DNA from: Gemmatimonadaceae bacterium
GTDB lineage: Bacteria; Gemmatimonadota; Gemmatimonadetes; Gemmatimonadales; Gemmatimonadaceae
Direction of reading: 5' to 3'
DNA: 64,000 bases
Assembly: GCA_044224875.1 (NCBI GenBank)
Contig: JBGAJQ010000011.1
Location: forward strand, 1 to 64,000
Position 1 is the first letter of the stretch, and each line of letters begins with the position of its first letter. Position numbers and translations under genes: made by a program. This document shows positions 9,156-18,512 of this stretch, piece after piece. The notes below the pieces were generated by a model, which saw nothing but the letters and a program-made list of their open reading frames with translations, was not told the origin of the DNA and made no database searches.

Positions 9156-11330
9156 ATGCGACAGGTAATTCGGAAGGGCCTGAAGGACATCATCGTTGAC
9201 GAGGTACCAGATCCCATCGCCTCGGCGCACCACGTGGTGGTTCAGCCACAGTTCTCGCTCATCAGCAGCGGGACCGAGACGGCGAGCATCCACAACGAGA
9301 GCCTGTTGAAGGAGGTTGCCGACAACCCGTCGCATATCAAGAAGATCCTCGACGTCATGAAGATTCAGGGTCCGCGCCGGACGGTGTCCGAGGTGATGGC
9401 GAAGTTCAGCGAGTATGCGGTGCTCGGGTACTCGGGGGCCGGCGTGGTGGTGGAGAAGCACCCGACGGTGAAAGACGTCGAGATCGGGGATCGGGTGGCC
9501 TACGGTGGTGAAGGCACGGGACACGGCGAACGCATCCTGACCGGCGAGAAGCTGGTGGCACGTGTTCCCGATGGCCTCGGCTTCGACCGGGCCTGCTTTG
9601 CCACGTTAGGCAGTATTGCCATGAACGCCGTGCGCATCTCGCAGATCGGGATTGGCGATCGCGTGGCGGTGATCGGCCAGGGGCTGGTGGGCCAGCTCGT
9701 GACGCAGCTGGCCAAGCTGCAGGGCGCCGTCGTGATCGCCTTGGACCTCAAGCAGGAACGCATCGACTTGGCTCGGACGTTAGGCGCCGACCATGCGCTC
9801 GTCGCAGACTCCGAGACGGTGGCGAAGATTTCGGCCCTCACCAACGGACAGGGCGTGGACTGCGCGTTCATCGCGGCCGCAGCGAAGTCGGCGGCACCCT
9901 GCCATCAAGCACTCGCTATCACCCGCGACCGTGGACGCATTGTCGTTGTGGGCGCGGTGAACATGGAGTTTCCGTGGAACGACATGTACCTGAAGGAAAT
10001 TCAGTTGTTCATGTCGCGCGCATACGGACCTGGGAGTTACGACCCTGACTACGAGAAGCGCGGGATTGACTATCCCTTTGCATACATCCGCTGGACGGAA
10101 AACCGGAACATGGAGGAGTTCCTCCGCCTGATGGCGGCGGGGCTCGTTCATGTGGACCCGTTGGTCACGCACCGCTACGCCCTGGAAGAGGCCCCGCAGG
10201 CGTACCAGACCATCATGGATCCGGCCACCAACAGCATGGCCGTGTTGCTCAAGTATCCGGAGCTTGTCGCTGGCGAGCAGAATGGCGCGCGCGCCGTCCC
10301 CAAGCGACGGGTCGACGTGCATCCGGCTCAGCCCAAGGCCGGTAACCTGGAGTTCGCCCTGGTGGGCGCCGGCAACCTGGCGCGCTGGGCACACCTGCCC
10401 AACATCAAGAACGCCCCCGGCGTCACGCTCAAGGCGGTGCATTCATCCAGCGGGGCACGGGGAAAGAGTTACGCCACGCGCTTTGGTGCCAACTACGCAG
10501 CGACCGACTACAAGGAGATCCTGGCGGACAAGGACATCGACGCGATCGTCATCGTCAGCCGCAATCCGGTGCACGCCTCACAGACCGTCGCCGCGTTGGA
10601 GGCCGGGAAGCACGTCTTTGTCGAGAAGCCGATGGCGCTCACCGAGGACGAGTGCCGCCAGATCGTACGGGCGCAGGGCGTCTCCGGGCGTTGGGTAAGC
10701 ACCGGATTCAACCGCCGCTTCGCGCCGTACTATCGCGGGGTCAAGCAAGCGCTCAGCAAGAGGACCGGGCCGGCGGTGTTGAACTGCCGAGTCAACTCGC
10801 CAGGTATTTCCGGCGCCTACTGGATGGCCGATCCCGCCATTGGCGGTGCCATCCTCGGCGAGGCGTGCCATTTCGTCGACTTGATGTACTGGTTGCTGGA
10901 CTCCGAGATGGTGTCCGTGTCAGCGTACTCGCTGCCCACCGACGTCGAGGCACCGATCGGCTCGAACAACATTGCCGCGAGCTTTCTATTTGCCGATGGG
11001 TCCGTGGGCAACCTCACGTACTGTACGGTGGGGAGCAAGACATCCGGCGGCGAGCGCGTGGAGGCGTTCGCGCAGGGCATCGGCGCCATGACGCAGGATT
11101 TCAAGAAGCTGAGCGTGTACGGCGGCATGGTGCGGTCCCAGTCGAAATTCTGGGCGGACAAGGGCTATGACGTGCAGATGAACGACTTTGTCGACGCCAT
11201 CCGCAAGCAGCGGGAGCCAGCGGTGAACCTGCGCGACGGTGTGCGGGCGACGATCGGCTGCCTTCGCATGCTGGACGCTGCAAAGACCCGCCAACCCTGC
11301 GCGATCGACGTCGACGCCATCTTCGCTTGA
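9156..11330 (+). CDS. Bi-domain oxidoreductase (Zn-ADH-like plus Gfo/Idh/MocA), polysaccharide-cluster type
   Basis: SLISSGTE, LGYSGAG, GQGLVG, SRAYGPGSYD...RWTENRNM, GKHVFVEKP, GFNRRFAP, GEACHFVD. Confidence 0.92.
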   Translation: MRQVIRKGLKDIIVDEVPDPIASAHHVVVQPQFSLISSGTETASIHNESLLKEVADNPSHIKKILDVMKIQGPRRTVSEVMAKFSEYAVLGYSGAGVVVEKHPTVKDVEIGDRVAYGGEGTGHGERILTGEKLVARVPDGLGFDRACFATLGSIAMNAVRISQIGIGDRVAVIGQGLVGQLVTQLAKLQGAVVIALDLKQERIDLARTLGADHALVADSETVAKISALTNGQGVDCAFIAAAAKSAAPCHQALAITRDRGRIVVVGAVNMEFPWNDMYLKEIQLFMSRAYGPGSYDPDYEKRGIDYPFAYIRWTENRNMEEFLRLMAAGLVHVDPLVTHRYALEEAPQAYQTIMDPATNSMAVLLKYPELVAGEQNGARAVPKRRVDVHPAQPKAGNLEFALVGAGNLARWAHLPNIKNAPGVTLKAVHSSSGARGKSYATRFGANYAATDYKEILADKDIDAIVIVSRNPVHASQTVAALEAGKHVFVEKPMALTEDECRQIVRAQGVSGRWVSTGFNRRFAPYYRGVKQALSKRTGPAVLNCRVNSPGISGAYWMADPAIGGAILGEACHFVDLMYWLLDSEMVSVSAYSLPTDVEAPIGSNNIAASFLFADGSVGNLTYCTVGSKTSGGERVEAFAQGIGAMTQDFKKLSVYGGMVRSQSKFWADKGYDVQMNDFVDAIRKQREPAVNLRDGVRATIGCLRMLDAAKTRQPCAIDVDAIFA

Positions 11331-12388
11331 GCATGGACGTCGTTCAGCTGGGCCCATACCCACCGCCATACGGTGGGGTGCAGGCCAACATTGTTGCCAT
11401 TCGCGAGCACCTCCGTCGGTGCGGGATCGACTCCGGTGTCGTGAACCTCACGCGCCACCGTGCGACGTCCGGAAACGGTGTTTTCTATCCGCATACGGCG
11501 GGAGAAACCGCCGCCCTGTTGTGGAGACTGCCGGCGAAGATCCTGCACCTCCACATTGGCGGGCACGTGCCGCTACGGGTTGCGGCGTTAGGCATGTTCT
11601 GCGGGTTGCTGCCCGGACGAAAGAGTGTGTTGACCTTCCACTCAGGAGGTTACCCGTCGTCCGAGGAAGGCCGGAATGCGAAGCCCGGTTCGTTTCGCGG
11701 ATTCGCGTTCCGTCGTTTCGACCGCATCATTGTCGTGAACGACCAGTTGGCGGACGTCTTTCGCCGCTACGGGGTCAAACCGGATCGCATTCGCCTGATC
11801 TACCCGCATGCCGTTGATCTCGACGAGATGTCTCCGACACTCGCCGAGCCGCTGGGGAGCTTTTTCGCATCGCATGACCCAGTGCTGCTGAGCGTCGGTT
11901 TGTTGGAGCCGGAGTACGATCTTGGCCTGCAGATCGATATCCTGGAGCGGGTCCGGGCGCGCTTTCCACGGGCGGGGCTGGCCATGATCGGTTCGGGTTC
12001 GCTGGAGGGTCAATTGCGCGCGCACATCGCCTCCAAGCCGTACCGCGAGCACATCTTGCTGACCGGCGATGTCGCACACCCACAGACGCTCCGCGCCATC
12101 AACGACACCAGTGTGCTGCTTCGGACGACCCTCTACGACGGCGATGCGGTTTCGGTTCGTGAGGCGTTGTTCCTGGGCACGCCGGTCATTGGCACGGACA
12201 ACGGCATGCGACCGCGTGGCGTGCACCTGATCCCGAAGCAGGACGCGGACGCGCTGGATGAGGCCATCGCTACCGTGTTGTCTCAGGACCGGAAGCAAGG
12301 AGCGCAGCAGGCACTGTCTGGTCGAGAGAATCTCGATGCCGTGTTGGAGCTGTACCGCGAGCTGGCGCCGGTCGGCGCCACGCGTTAG
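11327..12388 (+). CDS. Glycosyltransferase family 4 protein
   Basis: GPYPPPYGGV N-terminus; DGDAVSVREALFLGTPVIGTD. Confidence 0.9.
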   Translation: MSMDVVQLGPYPPPYGGVQANIVAIREHLRRCGIDSGVVNLTRHRATSGNGVFYPHTAGETAALLWRLPAKILHLHIGGHVPLRVAALGMFCGLLPGRKSVLTFHSGGYPSSEEGRNAKPGSFRGFAFRRFDRIIVVNDQLADVFRRYGVKPDRIRLIYPHAVDLDEMSPTLAEPLGSFFASHDPVLLSVGLLEPEYDLGLQIDILERVRARFPRAGLAMIGSGSLEGQLRAHIASKPYREHILLTGDVAHPQTLRAINDTSVLLRTTLYDGDAVSVREALFLGTPVIGTDNGMRPRGVHLIPKQDADALDEAIATVLSQDRKQGAQQALSGRENLDAVLELYRELAPVGATR

Positions 12389-12422
12389 GATCGCGCGAAC
12401 GCTTCCATCGACCTCATACGAC

Positions 12423-13538
12423 ATGCCGGATCCGATCCTTCTGCTCGTCCGCGCGTTGACGGCGGGCGGCAGCGAGCGGCAGCTGACGGAAGTGGCCAAG
12501 TCGCTCGACCGAGCCCACTGGAGCCCGCACGTCGGGTGTTTTCGCGACGAAGGCGTGCGCGGAGACGAATTGCGAGCAGCCGGCGTCCCGGTCGTGCGCT
12601 TTCCCGTGACCTCGTTCGGATCAACGAGCCTGCTGACTGGCGCCCGCCTGATGGGGCGTTACCTGCGCGAGCATGCGATTCGCCTCGTGCACACGTTCGA
12701 CACGCCGATGAACATCTTTGGGGTCCCGACGGCGCGCTTCTACCAGTGCCCGGTAGTGCTCTCCTCGCAACGCGCCTATCGCGCGTTGTCATCCCCACGG
12801 GAGCGCGCGCTGCTTCGCCTCACGGATCGTCTGGCGCATGGCGTGGTGGTGAACTGCGAGGCGATGCGAACGCACTTGATCGAGGATGAGCAGGTACCGG
12901 CCTCGCATGTGTCGTTGTGCTACAATGGCATCGACCTGGACCGCTTTCACCCCGAGCGTGGGGTGCGTCCGGAGTTCCTGCGCGATGCTGACCTCGTCAT
13001 CGGGTGCGCGTGCGTGTTGCGTCCGGAGAAGGGATTGCTCACCCTCGTCGAGGCCTTTGCGCAGGTGCAACCCGTTGAACGTCGTGTGCACCTGGTGCTG
13101 GTGGGTGGGGGGCCGATGCAGGAAGCGCTCGAGCAGCGTGCAGGGGAACTCGGAGTGCGCGAGGTCACGCACTTTGTCGGCAACCAGTCGGACGTCACAC
13201 CCTGGCTTCACATGATGGATGTGTTCGTGTTGCCGTCGCTTTCGGAGGCCTTCTCCAACTCGCTGATGGAGGCGATGGCGTGCGGCTGCACCTGCGTGGC
13301 ATCCCGTGTCGGCGGCAACCCGGAATTGGTGCGCGAAGGGGAGACGGGGCTCCTGTTCGAGGCGCGCGACGCGAGAGGACTCGGGGTCCAGCTCAACCGA
13401 CTGGTGCATGACCCTGAGTTGCGCAGGCGTTTGGCCGAGACTGGTACCCGTCAGATACGCGAGCGCTTTTCTGTGCAGCAGTCCGTCCGGCGAATGGGTG
13501 AGATCTATGCGTCGGCTCTGGCTCGCCGTCCATCGTGA
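12423..13538 (+). CDS. Glycosyltransferase family 4 protein
   Basis: GGSERQL, YNGID, EKG, DVFVLPSLSEAFSNSLMEAMACG, VGGNPELV. Confidence 0.93.
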   Translation: MPDPILLLVRALTAGGSERQLTEVAKSLDRAHWSPHVGCFRDEGVRGDELRAAGVPVVRFPVTSFGSTSLLTGARLMGRYLREHAIRLVHTFDTPMNIFGVPTARFYQCPVVLSSQRAYRALSSPRERALLRLTDRLAHGVVVNCEAMRTHLIEDEQVPASHVSLCYNGIDLDRFHPERGVRPEFLRDADLVIGCACVLRPEKGLLTLVEAFAQVQPVERRVHLVLVGGGPMQEALEQRAGELGVREVTHFVGNQSDVTPWLHMMDVFVLPSLSEAFSNSLMEAMACGCTCVASRVGGNPELVREGETGLLFEARDARGLGVQLNRLVHDPELRRRLAETGTRQIRERFSVQQSVRRMGEIYASALARRPS

Positions 13539-13566
13539 ACGGAAACCCACCGCGCGGCGCACGCCG

Positions 13567-14435
13567 TCATCGCGGAGCAGACTGACTGATCCGGTACACC
13601 AGAACTTGTGGTGCATCGGCCGTATCTGACGATACGACGGCCAGCCGGGTGTCGGTCACGGCAGGGTCGATGCCGCCGGTCGGCGGAAGTCCACGCACGG
13701 TCGCGATCAGCCGACCCATTCGGTCAAAGACGTCGTAGACCCGCCCGTCGGATGTCACCACCTCAACCCACAGATGACCACCAGCACCGTAGAATGCAGA
13801 TGCAATCGGCGGTTTGTTGGCCGGGCGTTCGAACGCCGATTGATCGCATGCACTCGACGGCCGGCTCCTGCGATACGCCGTGAACTCGCTCTGGGCGACA
13901 GCCCATTCGCCGTCCGTGAGCGGAGCAGGATGGAACGGTCGCTCAATTACACGGCTTGTGTCCCCCGACTTGGTGAGGAACGTGAACCGGTATTGATCTG
14001 AGCGCGCGACCACGATCTGGCCGTCAGGTGTTGGAAGGGCAACGAGCTGGGGACCGTAGGGATTCGCAAAGAACGAGAAACCCTCCTTCCCGTTCGTGCA
14101 GCGAATATTCGCGTTGGGGATCGTTGGTCGTACGAGGGGAAGCGTGTCGCGCGGTCCCGCGGGTCCATAGTGAACGTAAACGGTCTGAGGCTGCGGCGTG
14201 GCCGGGCGAATGCCGACGGCCCAGAACGAAGGCGCGGTGCGGTATAGCCTAACGAACTGGGAACCACAGCCGCATCGCCTGATGACGTCACGACCGGATA
14301 GCCACGCGTGGAATCAACGGTGATCGCCACCGTCGACGCCGGTTCGTTTCGCGCGCAGGCTCCCGCGAAAACGTGTGGCCACCACCACGCGGCGACGGTC
14401 ATGAAACGAACACGCAGCATCCGAGCTTCGCTCAT
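13567..14435 (-). pseudogene. Beta-propeller-type lipoprotein with apparent internal deletion and frameshift near 14268
   Basis: Lipobox FAGAC plus VDSTRGYPVVTSSG in one frame; C-terminal half (GQIVVARSDQYRF, KPPI, GHLWVE, YDVFDRMGRL, PQVLVYRI) open from about 14270 in another frame. Confidence 0.6.
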
Positions 14436-14510
14436 AACGATCCCCCTCAAACCTCGGCCGAGTGCTGATACCGCCGTTGCGTTTCGTCGCGCTCTTACTT
14501 CATCAAGCGC

Positions 14511-15836
14511 CTATCTTGCTCCAGTCGAGGCGATTGCCCCACGGCTGTCCCACCAATAGATCGTCGCCCCAATGACGATAGTCACCAGCCCCGCAACCGA
14601 CGCCAGCGGGCGCTCGGTCAGCACAAATCCCAGCGTCCACAGGCTGGTCAGGATGAAGAAGAACGGGACGATCGGATAGCCGAACGTTCGATACGCCAGG
14701 ACACGTCCCGGTTCACGACGCCGCAACACATAGACTCCGATCACGGCGAGGGTCGTGTTCAGGTTCAACGTGAACCCTGCGTACGTCATGACGCGTTCCA
14801 CCGATCCCGTTAGGAGCAGCGCCACCGTGAAGGCGATCTGGAGGAGGATCGCATTGCGCGGAACGTTTCGCGACGTTCGACGGCCGATGAGCGACAACCG
14901 TACGAGGTCGCGTGTCACGGCCTCCGTCACGCGGGACCCCGCCAGGACCAACCCGCTGATCGTCGCCACCAGCACCATGGCGATCATCCCGCTCATGATG
15001 CGACCACCCGACGGGCCAAACATGGCCTGCGCCGAAAGCGCTCCAACCTCCACCACGCCGTCCAAGCGGTCCGTGGGGATGGTGCGAAGAAACGTCCAGT
15101 TCAGGAGCAGGTAGAGGCAGGCGACCAGCAGCGTCCCCACGGTCAGGGACCACGGGATGGTGCGTGAAGGATGTTCAACCTCTCCCGCCACATACCCGGC
15201 GGCGTTCCAACCCGAGAAGGCATACGACACGAAGATCAACGAGACGGCAAACGCCGGTTCGCGAAGCTCGCGCCAGGCGTCGGGCGACGGCGCGAACGAC
15301 AGCGGCTGCGGGGTCCGGTAGGCCACGCCCGCCACGATGAACCCGATGATCAGCGTCAACACGATGCTCGTTAGGCTGACCTGGAAGCGGCGGGCCAGGT
15401 GCAGGTCCCACGCGTGGACCATCGACACCACCACGAGGACGGCCAACGACGCGACCATCGGCTGGATCGGGATAGTGGCGCTGAGGTACCGGCCGAAGGC
15501 CAATGCCGCCAGCGCAATCGGTGCGGCGAACCCGACGGTCATCGAAACCCATCCGCCCAGGAACCCCATCAGCTTCGAGTAGACGCGGCCGAGGTACACG
15601 TACTCACCGCCGGAATGGGGATATGCCACCCCGAGTTCGGCGTAGGAGAGCGCGCCGCACAAGGCCACCATGCCCCCAACCGCCCACAGGGCGAGCAAGG
15701 CAAAACCCGTGTGCGTTCCGCCAACCTGAAACCCAAGGCTCGTGAAAACTCCCGTCCCGACCATGTTCGATACGATCACCGCAACCGCTGTGGTAAAACC
15801 GAGGTGCCGTGAAATCGGGCGGAGCTCAACGGTCAA
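14511..15836 (-). CDS. APC family amino acid permease
   Basis: NMVGTGVF, LSYAELG...PHSGGEYVYL, YAFSGWNAAGYVAGEV; about 12 TM helices; start codon uncertain (ORF extends to 15941). Confidence 0.92.
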   Translation of the reverse strand: MTVELRPISRHLGFTTAVAVIVSNMVGTGVFTSLGFQVGGTHTGFALLALWAVGGMVALCGALSYAELGVAYPHSGGEYVYLGRVYSKLMGFLGGWVSMTVGFAAPIALAALAFGRYLSATIPIQPMVASLAVLVVVSMVHAWDLHLARRFQVSLTSIVLTLIIGFIVAGVAYRTPQPLSFAPSPDAWRELREPAFAVSLIFVSYAFSGWNAAGYVAGEVEHPSRTIPWSLTVGTLLVACLYLLLNWTFLRTIPTDRLDGVVEVGALSAQAMFGPSGGRIMSGMIAMVLVATISGLVLAGSRVTEAVTRDLVRLSLIGRRTSRNVPRNAILLQIAFTVALLLTGSVERVMTYAGFTLNLNTTLAVIGVYVLRRREPGRVLAYRTFGYPIVPFFFILTSLWTLGFVLTERPLASVAGLVTIVIGATIYWWDSRGAIASTGAR

Positions 15837-16071
15837 AGAGGACGCCTCGGGTGCAATGGGGTGTCGGGTCGGCGCAACGTGAACTGGGAAACGCGTCTGG
15901 TGACGCGACCGGATACTGCCGAGCGAACCGTCAGCGGTCAATCACCTGAGGTGACATCCGGACTTTGTGACGTACGGAAGTTCGGCGCACTGACTCACGA
16001 GGGCATATTCGGGGAGTCCGACGACGCGGCGTGTCGATATGGCGTCCTGCCAGCCCCCCATGAGGTGTGTC

Positions 16072-17322
16072 ATGCATCGTATGAAGTCGATGTTGGTCCT
16101 GGGCAGTTCCGCGCTTGCGGCGGCCTGTAGCCAGCCGTCAAGCCCCGATTCGGCAACGCCCATCACGTCACTGCCGCGGGCCCTGGCTCCGGCCGAGCAG
16201 GAACTCATCGCCAGCAGCAACCAATTCGCGTTCGGCCTGCTACGAGAGGTGAACGCCTCATGGACGGGCAAGAACGTCTTCATCTCGCCGCTCTCGGCAT
16301 CGATGGCGTTGGGCATGACGATGAATGGAGCTGCCGGGTCGACCTATGCGGAGATGCGCGGCACGCTGGGGTTCGGCACGCGCGACTTGGCGGAGATCAA
16401 CGGTGGCTATCAGTCCCTCGTAAAGCTGCTGCGATCCCTCGATCCCAAGGTGCAGTTTCAGCTGGCGAACGCGATTTGGTACGACCAGACGATGGCGTCG
16501 GCATTCGAGGCGGCGTTCCTGCGCGACACGAAGACGTACTTCGACGCCGAGGTTGCGGCGCTGGACATGCGTTCCCCGCAGGCCCTGACGACGATCAACG
16601 CCTGGGCCAACAAGAACACCAACGGCAAGATTCCAAAGGTCCTCGACGCACTGGGCGACGACATCGTGATGCTCCTGGCGAACGCGATCTGGTTCAAGGG
16701 AGACTGGCGCGATCAGTTCGAGAAGGCCAAGACGGCACCAGAGCCATTCGCGACATCGAGCGGCAGCGTCAACGTGCCCACCATGCAACGGACCGGAGCG
16801 CTGCGATTGGGTACGATTCCCGGTGCCCAGGTGATCGAACTGCCGTATGGCGGCGATGCCTTTGCCATGACCATCCTGCTCCCGAACACGGGGATGAACG
16901 CCGAGGGTTACCTGGGCTCGCTCACGCCAGCCGTGTGGGCCAGTGCGCTCGCCAGCCTCAACGAAGGCAAAGCCGAACTTCACCTGCCAAAGTTCAAGCT
17001 GACCTGGAAGGACAGTCTGAATGGGCCCCTGAAGCAGCTCGGCATGCGGCAGGCGTTCGTGCCTGACGGCGCCGATTTCACGCGAATGTCGCAGAGCGCC
17101 GGGCGACACCTGTATATCTCGTTCGTGAATCAGAACACATTCGTTGACGTGAACGAGGAAGGAACCGAGGCAGCGGCCGTGACCACGGTGGGAGTCGGCG
17201 TGACGTCCGCACCGGCGCCGCCCCCTGTCGTGAAGGTCGACCGACCGTTCATCTTCGCGATTCGCGAGCGCCTGTCGGGGTCGATCATCTTCATTGGCAA
17301 GATCGCCAACCCGATCGCCTGA
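16072..17322 (+). CDS. Serpin family protease inhibitor, lipoprotein
   Basis: Lipobox LAAAC; NVFISPLS, NAIWFKGDW, LPY, LPKFK, hinge EEGTEAAAVT, DRPFIFAIRE. Confidence 0.95.
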   Translation: MHRMKSMLVLGSSALAAACSQPSSPDSATPITSLPRALAPAEQELIASSNQFAFGLLREVNASWTGKNVFISPLSASMALGMTMNGAAGSTYAEMRGTLGFGTRDLAEINGGYQSLVKLLRSLDPKVQFQLANAIWYDQTMASAFEAAFLRDTKTYFDAEVAALDMRSPQALTTINAWANKNTNGKIPKVLDALGDDIVMLLANAIWFKGDWRDQFEKAKTAPEPFATSSGSVNVPTMQRTGALRLGTIPGAQVIELPYGGDAFAMTILLPNTGMNAEGYLGSLTPAVWASALASLNEGKAELHLPKFKLTWKDSLNGPLKQLGMRQAFVPDGADFTRMSQSAGRHLYISFVNQNTFVDVNEEGTEAAAVTTVGVGVTSAPAPPPVVKVDRPFIFAIRERLSGSIIFIGKIANPIA

Positions 17323-17446
17323 TCGAAGGGGTCACGCCGAATCGGCGACTGAGTAGGTGGGTGCCGTGGTGCCAGCCGACGCGTTGTCGCTGGCCACCAC
17401 GGCACTGCGCTGGGGGGACGGACGGCGGACAGTTCGGAACTTGTCG

Positions 17447-18124
17447 TCAGGTCGAACCGACCGAGGGGACGCGAAGGGTGAGCTCGAGTCCTGCGGACGA
17501 CGCCAGGACGGAGACGTCCGTCTGGTCGTCAATCACCGCCTCGACGCCGCGAATGGCGTCCCTGGGCTGCGTAGTCGCAACCCCAATCACGCGCATTCCG
17601 GCCGCCCGGCCGGCCTCGATGCCAGGAGCCGAGTCCTCGAAGACGAGACACTCACTCGCCGCGAAGCCTAACAAGGCAGCACCCATGAGATATCCGTCGG
17701 GACTCGGCTTACCGCGCTTCACTCGATCGGTAGAGACGAGGTGATCCGGAATGGCCAGCCCGCAAGCGCTGAGCCGGTCCCTCGCCAGCGATTGGTCAGC
17801 AGACGTCACGATCGCCCAGCGCTCGCGAGGGAGTGACGCCAGGAGACGGGCCGCACCAGGAACCGCCACCAGCCCGTGGTCGTCGTTCCGCTCCGTTGCG
17901 TCCAGCCATTCGCCCTCGGCGATTGCGTCGAGGTGCGGAGCGACTTCGGCCACCGTGTCACGCGTTCGCCGGCCATGCGCGACGCGGAGAATCGCTTCGA
18001 CGTCCAGGTGATGGTTCACGGCCCAAACTCGCCAGGCGCGTTCGACCACGGCGCGCGAGTCCACGAGCACACCATCCATGTCGAAGAGAACCGCTGATGC
18101 ATTGAGGACCTGTGTGCGTGTCAC
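17447..18124 (-). CDS. HAD family phosphatase (YfbT-like)
   Basis: FDMDGVLVDS, HGRR, WAIVTS, GKPSPDGY, FEDSAPG. Confidence 0.92.
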   Translation of the reverse strand: MTRTQVLNASAVLFDMDGVLVDSRAVVERAWRVWAVNHHLDVEAILRVAHGRRTRDTVAEVAPHLDAIAEGEWLDATERNDDHGLVAVPGAARLLASLPRERWAIVTSADQSLARDRLSACGLAIPDHLVSTDRVKRGKPSPDGYLMGAALLGFAASECLVFEDSAPGIEAGRAAGMRVIGVATTQPRDAIRGVEAVIDDQTDVSVLASSAGLELTLRVPSVGST

Positions 18125-18341
18125 GGCATGCCTAACGTGAATGAATAGTCGAGAGGAAACACGCCGCACGGCGGCGTGTTGTGGAGCATGGGAAGCTACT
18201 GTCGCGTTGCGCTCGACGGCCATTTCGTCCTCTCACGTCGATCGACGAATCCCCGGGTCTGCGCCCTTGCCCCCGACGCGAAATGGGACCGCGCGAATCG
18301 GCTCTAGGCTGCGTCGAATCGTGCGCCAAATGACGGTCTTA

Positions 18342-18472
18342 TCCGAATTCCGGAAACGGCTGTCCGGGTCTCGGATCGGTTCGCAGAACACCCTTCGAGT
18401 GGCTGCGTACGTTGTTGTAATTCAATGTGTTAGGGGCGCAGCACCGGAGTGGTAGGTTGGCGCACCGCTTGC
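18342..18472 (+). promoter_or_regulatory. Sigma54-type promoter with paired enhancer palindromes and IHF-like site
   Basis: TCCG-N5-CGGA at 18342 and 18363; ATTCAATGTGTTA at 18420-18432; TGGC-N7-TTGC at 18458-18472. Confidence 0.65.
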
Positions 18473-18512
18473 CAACAGAGATCGTGTCCTTGCCTATCCT
18501 CTTTTGCTACTC

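Noticed and set aside
14247..14254. Motif copy as the exact deletion breakpoint in the propeller gene
   Set aside because: The protein-like frame extends about 14 bp beyond it; the motif lies within coding F-V-R-L.
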